Positions 54,858 to 64,000 of a stretch of 64,000 nucleotides of DNA are shown piece after piece; positions within the stretch are counted from its first letter, which is position 1; each line of letters opens with the position of its first letter. This stretch comes from Octopus vulgaris (taxonomy: Eukaryota), in NCBI GenBank assembly GCA_951406725.2, contig OX597816.1, positions 67,270,001-67,334,000 of the forward strand, read 5' to 3'. Under the pieces are notes generated by a model. The model did not search any database, had not been told where the DNA came from, and saw only the letters and a list, made by a program, of their open reading frames with translations. The position numbers were made by a program, and so were the translations under genes.

Positions 54858-55107
54858 GACGGGCTTCTTTCAGTTTCTGTCTACCAAATCCACTCACAAG
54901 GCTTTGGTTGGCCCGAGGTTATAGTAGAAGACACTTGCTCAAGGTGCCATGCAGTGGGACTGAGCCTGGAACCATGTGGTTGGTAAGCAATTACTTGCCA
55001 CACAGCCACTCCTACACCAAAACTCTGTACAGACAGATTTTTTTTACATGCAGTACCTTCCTATGCATAGAGCGATGGCTAACCATTAACAAACACACAC
55101 ACACACA

Positions 55108-55154
<47 letters not shown>

Positions 55155-55307
55155 GTACATATATAGCATTGAAAACATATATAATATATATATTATAGTA
55201 GTTGGTTATAACAGAAATAATTGAGATTTTTTAAAATATAAATACATTTGTGCAGATGAAAAGAATTGCCTGATAGAAAAAAAAGCATGCATCACCTACA
55301 GCTTATA

Positions 55308-55359
<52 letters not shown>

Positions 55360-56194
55360 AAATGATATTGTGTATCAACATATCACGGTTCCCAACTTTT
55401 GAATTCCAATAGCAAGGTAAAAGTCAAGCTAAGGCTACAGCAGAAGACACTTGTGTGAAATGCCATGCAATGAAATTGAACCTGGAACCATGCAGGTACA
55501 AAACAAACTTCTTAATCAATGACAGACTTTCTGTCTAGTCACTGAAACTGCTAGAAATAGCACCAAATTTCCATTAAGTTACTGTATCAAAAGAAAATGT
55601 GACAGACTGGATATAGTGTTGTCCAAGGGGTACTATTGTTGAAATTAAATTGGGATGGTCATAACTGGAATGCCCATGGTCATAGGTGTGCTTGATAAGG
55701 GCTGGCTTGATGGTGAGCAGCAACAATAACAACAACAACAAATAACCAATGTGTGACATATTAGAATGGAGACTTCACAACTGACTGACTTACCAATGGC
55801 TTTCCTCCTTCTTACTCACTCATTCAACTGGTATTTAACTTTGATGCAAGGTGGTCTACTCTTTACATAATTTTCATGGATTTGTGTGTGTGTGTGTCGG
55901 TGAGAGTGTGCAAGGTGGTGTTGTGCTTATTCTCTTTCCCTCACACCCTGCTGTCAGCTGACTAAACAGCGTAAACACAAATAATATATATAATTGTCTT
56001 CATTCTAGCTGACTTTATCTAGCAACTGTCATTTACATAATGAACTTAACTATTGTGTGATATAATATGTTTACCTTCATACACACACACATTTGTGTGT
56101 GTGTGTGTGTTTTTACTGATTGTCTGTGCCTTTGTAATTGTCTATGCAATGTGTGTGTGTGTATGTATATATATATATATATATATGCATATCT

Positions 56195-56232
<38 letters not shown>

Positions 56233-59200
56233 GCATATCTCTGTGCTTGTGTGTACATGCATAAATTACATTCAGTCTTATACACACATACAATATATAT
56301 ATCAGCAAACTGAAAAAAAATCAGACATACTCACAAACTGATTTAAAATTTGCTGCAATATTATTTTTAAAAATTAATTAAAAACCCAAATGTTAATTAA
56401 TGTCTTGAGCTGGTCTTTGAGAAAATAGATGTCAGTAAGATGAATATGCATAAGAAGATAAGAGAAGAAAATGTTTGTTTTCTAAGACTATAAATAGCTA
56501 GTTAGTGCAGGGCATAATTAATTGGGAAGTGATAGGTCACGGGGTATCTATTTTCACATTTATTGAATAAAAATAGTTCTGTTTTGTTGTTTAGCCCTAT
56601 GTCTATCTTAATTGTGAAGATGTATGATCAAAGATGTTCCAACATTGACTATTCTATCTTCATTCAGTCACAATGTGTCCAGGTTTATGTTACTTGATGC
56701 GGCACCAAGAAAACTTTTATTTTTGAATTAAGGGAAATCTTATCATTGTTGGCGAAAGGGCACAAATTTAGGGAGAAGGTTTAGTTGCTTAACCTGAATC
56801 CAGTACATGATTAGTACTCTATCTTTATCAATGCTGGAAGGACGAAAGACAAAGTTAATCCCTGCAGGATTTGAACTCAGGAACATATAAACAGTGAAAC
56901 AAATACTGTAAGGCATTTGGTTTGACGCTCCAACAATTCTACTAATCAACTACCTTTAATAATCTGTATGTAGTAATTCAAATATGGAGAACCTTGCCTC
57001 TCACAATATAGAAGCATTTCTCATGGCACCAGCAGACAAAATGGAAAAGGTGTTGCCCCAGATGATAGTGTGGCAGATGCACTGGAACAGCCACTCTGAG
57101 TTGTGGACAACAATCTCTGCCCTGATAGTGGTAAGCAGGGATATGGTCCAGGGACCAATGATGCTGGAGGTCTCAATTGCCACAATTTCAACCATAAACC
57201 TGTCAGAGAGTGACCGATACCTTGACGTTTTTTTTCTTCTTTGCCTAATGAGCAACAGAGCCTGGGCTGGTAACTGACACATCAAGTTAATGCTAAGGTA
57301 CAAGGCCAGAAACTTCTAGGTGAGTTAATCAATTAAGTTGACCCTGGTCCTTGACTAATCTTTATTGACTCCACACAGATGATTTTGGAAGTTTTATAAT
57401 GATTGGAGAAGTATGGGGTATTGATTGTAGAAGTTCTGTAAAGGCATAGGGACATGGGATTTTGATTGTGGTAGTTCTATAATAGCTGGAAAAAATTGAA
57501 TATGTTGTATGTGTCATGCTAAACTTACATGAAAGACAGAGCATAAGTGAAGTGAGAGATTAAATATATCAATAGAGGTGATTGCTCTTCTGTGACCATG
57601 AACTGTGAATAGAAGAGGATTACTGCTTGAAAAAGTGCTGTATACTGACATTGAAAGTATTTCATAGTGATACTTTAGTCATGGTGACTTAAAATTCAAA
57701 CTGAATGAGGTATTTGCTGTACTGCACAGTTTTATCAAATCCCTGCCAGTATGAAAAAATGATGTTGTAACAATAATAATAAGGATGGTTTATAAGTTCA
57801 CAAATTCTTAATTTAACAAATTGTCAATACATACCCAGACATTCGTATACTTTATTTTTATTCACTCCTTACCTCACCACTACCACACTATTGCCTCCCC
57901 TCTAATCAGGCTTTTTTTTTATCTTGTAATTGTAAAAGAATAAGAAGGAGATTTAAAGCTGTTTTCCCTCAAAATGTATAAAAATATATTTGAAATTTGA
58001 GTCTGCTGTATATATAATTTGAGATATTTTTTCTTCCCCCACACATCCTGTGATTTTTTTTTCTAAGCTTTCATTGTCTAGAGTCAGTTCTCTTAAAACG
58101 AAACTTAGAATAATGAGATTCATATATCAGGGAAGGAGCTGAACAGATGTCAGAAATTACAGGACTTATCTCTTTGACCTCATGTATCAGCAAGGTTCCA
58201 GAAAGAATCTGATAACTTACTTAGAGAAAGATAAAAATTCATGTTTTTTGTTTTAATTATGACTTAGACGAAAAAGGACAATACTTATAACCTTTTTTTC
58301 AGAGACTCTTAGATTTGTGGAAAGAAAAGAGGAAACTATCCTGAAGTGGGACACTTGGTTTGAATACCTGCAGCAAAGTTGACATGTTACTGTATTTCTA
58401 TTGAAACACACTGCCTTCATTTCAATTAATTTAAAAAAATAAGAAGAATTTAGTAAAAAAAATTTAGTCATTTTTAAGCTGGTGTTTGGAACAGAAATCA
58501 ACATGAAATTTTGACTGAAGTTTTTAATTTAGAGCATTTTAAAACATGGAGTTTGTTTCATAGAACCATGGGTGGGTTAGTATCAAAAGAGGAAGGTGGT
58601 GAGCTGGCAGAATCATTAGCACGCCGGGCAAAATGCTTAGTGGTATTTCGTCTGCCATTACATTCTGAGTTCATATTCTGCCGAGGTCGACTTTGCCTTT
58701 CATCTTTTCGGGGGTCGATAAATTGAGTACCAGTTACGCACTGAGGTCAATGCATTTGACTTAATCCGTTTGTATGTCCTTGTTTGTCCCCTCTGTGTTT
58801 AGCCCCTTGTGGGTAGTAAAGAAATATGTATCAAAAGAGTTAAAAGGCATGTGGTAATGTCAGGCCAGGTGACAGATTAAATCTACCCCACAAAGACAGG
58901 AACAGTTTCTCTGATGTGCTTTCACACAGTTTCTATTTGCTCAAAGTGTCACACACTGGAAATAAAACTAGAACCATGTGGAAGAAAAGTGAACGTCTTA
59001 ACCACATAGCTTTATCTTCTGAGTGAGAATAATCATCACTGTGTGTGTGTGTGTGTGTCCATCCAGTTAGAAGTAATCTGAGTAATTAAGTTACTAATCT
59101 TCTTTCTGGGTCATATAAACACTCCATATTTCAGATAGTTTAGCAGTTGTGGAGATAAATCTTCTCACTGTTTAGGATTTTGCTTGCTGCTTTCCAAAGA

Positions 59201-59701
59201 ATTCTCATAAGTTTGTCTGTAACGTCCATGCTTATTTTCACACTTTCTTCGTTTTTTTTTTTTACCTTCTCCATGAACATTGTTTTGCATTTTCTTGTAT
59301 AGAGGATTCTTGATAAATTCTAAGATCTTCTGTTGCTTTGAACAATAGTAGGTCATGTCTAGCCCTTGCTATATTTAAAAAAAAATTATTTTTTAAAAAT
59401 TAATAAAGATGGGGAATGCTATATGATGAAGTAGGTAGCTAGAAGGAAAACTCTGATGCAACACCTGCGACTTCGTTTACGTGTTATAATGTAGAATAGT
59501 TATTTTTAATAAGCAAATGCATGTGAAGTGAGATTGACACACTCAGCTGAAAAACCTTGGAAGTGGTCCTCCACCATAGCCTCAGTCCAGATTACTGAAA
59601 CAAATAAAAGATTGAGAAAATGCTGATGAAATTTGTATCGTTAAATTCTTGCTAACTAGTTTTATCCTTTTCTTTCTTTCTTTCTTTATTTATTTCAACA
59701 G

Positions 59702-59784
59702 AAAATTTTGAAGGCAATAAACAAATGTTGTTAGAACTGAGAGAAAAATTCAACTCACTGCAAAAAGAAATGCACAAGCTAAAG
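59702..59784 (+). CDS. ICE1: ICE1-like exon 9 (83 nt; NFEGNKQMLLELREKFNSLQKEMHKLK)
   Basis: Long polypyrimidine tract with upstream gctaac; caacAG acceptor; AAG|GTATGT donor; phase 1 matches exon 8 across 17.3 kb. Extra symmetric exons in between cannot be excluded. Confidence 0.8.
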
Positions 59785-59796
59785 GTATGTAGACTC

Positions 59797-59828
<32 letters not shown>

Positions 59829-61324
59829 TCTCATCCTCCTCCTCCATTGAACACTGGGATCAATATAATCAACTTAACCTTCCCCTTGAAATTACTGGCC
59901 TTGTGCCAATATTTGAAATTATTATTATTATTACTAATGTGGCGGGTTGGCAGAAATCTTAGCATGCCAGGCGAAATGCTTAGTGGTATTACTTAGTCTG
60001 TCTGTACATTCTGAGTTCAAATTCTGCTGAGGTCAACTTTGCCTCTCATCCTTTCGGGCTCGATAAATTAAGTACCTAGTTGCATAATGGGGTTAATCTA
60101 ATCGACTGGCCCTCTCCCCAAAAATTTCAGGATTGTGCCTAGAGTAGAAAAGATTTTTACTACTACTACTACCACCACCACCACCACCACTACTGCTGTT
60201 GCTGCTGCTACTACTACTACTATTTCCTTTTATCTTTTTGGAGGGTTTATAGAATACATGCCAGTCTAGTACTGGGTTTGATGCATTTGACTCCCCTCTC
60301 CCCTCAAAAACTACTGACCCTTGACAAAATTTAAAATCACTATTATTATTAGGATGGTGGATGGATAAAATTGTTAGAGCAATGAACAAAATATACCTTA
60401 TGCCATTTATATCAGTTCTTTATGTTCTGAGTACAAATTCTGTCAAGGTCGACTTTGCTCTTCATCCTTCTAAATTCAATAAAATAAAGTACCAGTTAAG
60501 TACTGATGTTGATGGTATTGACTTATCTTTTTCTCTCTGTTAGTCTTGTATGTAAATCAGAAGCAGGTAAAATGCCTTTAGGTACGTCTGTGATGAAATC
60601 CTGGTAATGCCAATTTCGGCTTTCATTCTTTTTTGAGGTCAATAAAATTAAGTACCAGTTGAGCACTGCGATTGACCTAATCTCTTCCCACAAAAATTGG
60701 TTGCCTTGTGCCAACATTTGAAACCATTATTATTATTATTATTGAGTGCATTGCCATCACAGTGACACCGGGGTAAAATATACGAAGCCCAGTATACCCA
60801 TCATGACTACCTGTCTGATAAGAGTACACCAGGCACATGCATCACAACCATATGTGCGCAACATGGCGATTTCATATCAAGATAAACAGCACATGACCTT
60901 GCAGGTGGGACCCAGTTAGAATTTTCTTCTAGTCAAGTAACCCATTCCACTCAAAAGGTCTCTGAATAAGGGTTGCTTAAGGATGTTGAACGAAACACCC
61001 ATGTTTCCAGAGGTGAATTATTAAAACCCCGAAGAATCCCTCTCAACACATGGCTATGATGCTCCCCCACTACTTCTGCTCATGATCAGAGATACACATA
61101 TTGTCAGCCACTAAGGGACATGCTCAACTGGTTATGGTCAAACAACTGACAAGCAAATCTGTGGTATTGAGCAGAATATTTGCTGTAGCTCATCTTTTAT
61201 ACCAAAACAAAACAATGTACATGATAACACTTCCAGTCAGTTAAGATCAGAAGCCATGAGAGCCACTGTCAGGTACTGCATCAGGGCATTGGTACTGCAC
61301 CAGGGCATTTATTATTATTATTAT

Positions 61325-61956
61325 GTTTTTTCCTTCTTTCTTCAAATTTTCTTCTGTTTCTCGCCGAGTGTTTTCCATACACCTAGGGCAGAGAAGGGCA
61401 TTGTATGCATTCCCAGATTACACGCGCAAATTCACAGATAAAATATGTATTTAAAAATTAATAAAAAATAAATTCATGGATGGATGTTATTTTCACAACG
61501 ATAGTGCTCTTCTCAGTACATGAGCCGTTCCAGTTAATACGATTTTTTGCACTTCCTGTAGGGATGGTAAGCCTGGAATCATTTTCAAATAGGTTTCAGT
61601 ACCTTTTTTTATCATTCCTAGAGATCCTACAATCACTGGTACTGTAGTCACCTTGAGATGCCACATTTTTTCAATTTCCATTAGCAGGTCTTTATATTTA
61701 CTAATCTTGTCAAATTCTTTCGCCGCTATATTGTGATCACAGGGAATACTCATGTCAATTAATAAACACATCCTTTTATAGTCCTGTCGGTCTGCACGGG
61801 GAAGTCCCATAGAATCGACACATTTTCTCCCTCAGTCACAGCTTCAGGATGATGTTTATACCATTTGTCAGCGGTTTTGATCTTATAATGCCGACATATT
61901 GTCCAGTGTAAATACTGGCCGACTCTGTCATGTCTTGCTTTATATTCTTTATATTC

Positions 61957-61959
<3 letters not shown>
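61325..61959 (-). mobile_element. 5'-truncated Dong/R4-like non-LTR retrotransposon with restriction-like endonuclease
   Basis: YKARHDRVGQYLHW...WDFPVQTDRTI, then frameshifted LLIDMSIPCD...KISKYKDL...VPVIVGSLG...GTAHVLRRALSL; flanked on both sides by (TAA)n. Confidence 0.85.
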
Positions 61960-61995
<36 letters not shown>

Positions 61996-62731
61996 GATAT
62001 TTTTATTTTCATATAAGTACACCTCTGCTGGTGTCACATAAAAAGCACCTAATACACTCTGTAAAGTGCCTGATTTTAGGAAGGGCATTCAGCCACAGAA
62101 ACCATGTCAAAGCAGACAATTGGAGCCTGGGTGGCTCTCTGGCTTGCCAGCTCCTGTTAAGTTGTCTAACTCATGCCAGCATGGAAAACGGATACTCTTT
62201 TACTTGTTTCAGTCATTTGACTGTGGCCATGCTGGAGCACCGCCTTTAGTCAAGCAAATTGACTCCGGGACTTATTCTTTGTAAGCCTAGTACTTATTCT
62301 ATCGGTCTCTTTTACCGAACTGCTAAGTTACAGGGACGTAAACACACCAGCATCAGTTGTCAAGTGATGTTGGGGGTGGGGGTACTTTATAAAGAGGACA
62401 AGAGTATATAACTTTGGTCTGAAAATGAGTTGAAATAACCTTTTGGTATAAGCATTATACTAATTCACTTAGTATTAAAGTTATTGTATTGTGGCCATGC
62501 TGGTGCACTACTGCTTCATTTACAGTTACAATTGTGGTGCTGTAACCATGGGCACTACATGTCTTCTATTTATATATTACTGTAGTTATTGTTGGATGTG
62601 ACTATCTGTATTAGTGTGTTTACTGTTGCAGCCATTTGACTGTGGCCATACTGGGGCAGTCTGTAGTGGCCATCTAGATTGCTGTTTGTATGATCCACAA
62701 ATATTTATACATTTATTCTTCTTCTTTACAG

Positions 62732-62771
62732 GAACAAAATAAAAGTTTCCCTCCAGTCTTCCAAGATACTG
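62732..62771 (+). CDS. ICE1: ICE1-like exon 10 (40 nt; EQNKSFPPVFQDT-A)
   Basis: ttcttctttacAG acceptor; TG|GTATGT donor; phase 0 to 1. Confidence 0.78.
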
Positions 62772-62993
62772 GTATGTATATTGTTATAATAACTTATAAA
62801 TTCCACCAGATGTAGATCTATTTTTTTGTTTATATTCATATACATTTTGTAAATTTACATGTATAAAATAACTTTTGTTTGTTCATTTTTACTTGATTTT
62901 TTTTTATTTTGCTAAAATGTGGCAGGCTGTGATGTGGTGGTGGTGAGCAGGGTAGAGTATTATGTTAATTTGAAATTTTCTCTTTATTTAAAG

Positions 62994-63109
62994 CTGTCAC
63001 TTCTCCACCTCCAAACCTTCCATCCAGAGATGATGAAATTGCACGTATAATTAGTGAAATGACTTTACCAATTATGTTGTCTCCTATCCCTTCAGAACAT
63101 AATGAAGAG
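62994..63109 (+). CDS. ICE1: ICE1-like exon 11 (116 nt; VTSPPPNLPSRDDEIARIISEMTLPIMLSPIPSEHNEE); gene continues beyond the window
   Basis: ttttctctttatttaaAG acceptor; GAG|GTAAGT donor; open frame with an EM-x-LP-x-x-LSPIP motif; no stop reached. Confidence 0.75.
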
Positions 63110-64000
63110 GTAAGTAGTCTTGTGTACTCTTTTACTGGTTCTGCCATGTAGTAGTGTTTGTGTACATCAAAATGTGTTCTCTTTGTTGTAATGTTGTTAA
63201 TAATTTTTCAGTTGTGAAGGCGGCGAGCTGGCAAAATCATTAGCATGCTGGGCGAAATGCTTTGCAGTATTTCATCTGCTGTTATGTTCTGAGTTCAAAT
63301 TCTGCCGAGGTCAACTTATCCTTTCGGGGTCAATAAATTAAGTACCAGTTATGCACTGGGTTCGATGTAATCAACTTAATCCCTTTGTCTGTCCTTGTTT
63401 GTCCCCTCTATGTTTAGCCCCTTGTGGGCAATAAAGAAATAAGAATCATTTGCACACCAGACAAAATGCTTAACAGCATTTTGTCAGTCTTTATTTTCTG
63501 AGTTCAAATTCCACCAAGGTTGACTTTGCCTTCATCCTTTTGGGATTGATAGAATAAGTAACAGTTGAATATGAGGTTGATGTAATTGACTTACCCATTC
63601 CCTGAAATTGCTGGCCTTGTGCCAAAATTTGAAACCAATATTTTTTCAGTTGGGGCACGGTAGAATTTTTAGAATGTTGGATAATCAGTCTTGCACTATT
63701 TAGTTATGTCCTATGTTCTAAATTCACCAAGGTTGACTTTGCATTTAATCTTTTCAGGATCAATAAAATAAATTACCTGTCAGGTACTGAAGTTTAATTA
63801 ATTATACTCGCTCTCAAAAATTCATGGCCTTCTGCTGCCAGTATTAAAAATCAATTATTCTCAGTTTTAATGTAGTATATTTTCACATGTGTATCATTTA
63901 TTACAGTACTACCTCTATGACCCAGCGTTGCCGGATCTAGTGCTAGCCAAGCATATATGGTCTTTCATGAAAATCCTGCTCTCTTGTCATTCACTTGGTC

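Noticed and set aside
56984-57303. 97-aa and 100-aa opposing ORFs in GC-richer sequence
   Set aside because: No recognisable domain; probably a decayed retroelement fragment.
58293-58380. Possible extra ICE1-like exon after tttttttcAG
   Set aside because: No convincing phase-compatible donor, and exon 8 joins exon 9 in frame without it.
63907-64000. Open frame after ttacAG at the window end as a possible exon 12
   Set aside because: Contains ctatgacccagc...agtgctag resembling the repeat end at 49306-49340; the peptide is unconvincing and truncated.

Overview
AT-rich, microsatellite- and SINE-dense animal genomic DNA, most likely an octopus or other coleoid cephalopod (inferred from the repeat families). 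Three host genes can be built by hand from splice signals. (1) HSCB/Hsc20, the Fe-S cluster co-chaperone: minus strand, two coding exons (12030-11548, 6098-5721), 286 aa. (2) A divergently oriented plus-strand gene of at least 11 small exons (18986 to 63109 and beyond; 248 aa in this window), essentially missed by the ORF track. It encodes an N-terminal coiled coil resembling ICE1 (little elongation complex subunit 1), and its frame closes only through a minor-spliceosome U12-type AT-AC intron (30719-32056). (3) A nested antisense gene inside the 17.3 kb intron 8 of that gene, encoding a 166-aa signal peptide + single Ig domain + transmembrane protein in one coding exon (46956-46456). The rest is transposon-derived: a near-intact pogo/Tigger element inside an RTE LINE, a Dong/R4-type RLE retroelement in a (TAA)n array, several tRNA-derived SINE families, and piggyBac-type, Tigger-type and foldback MITEs.
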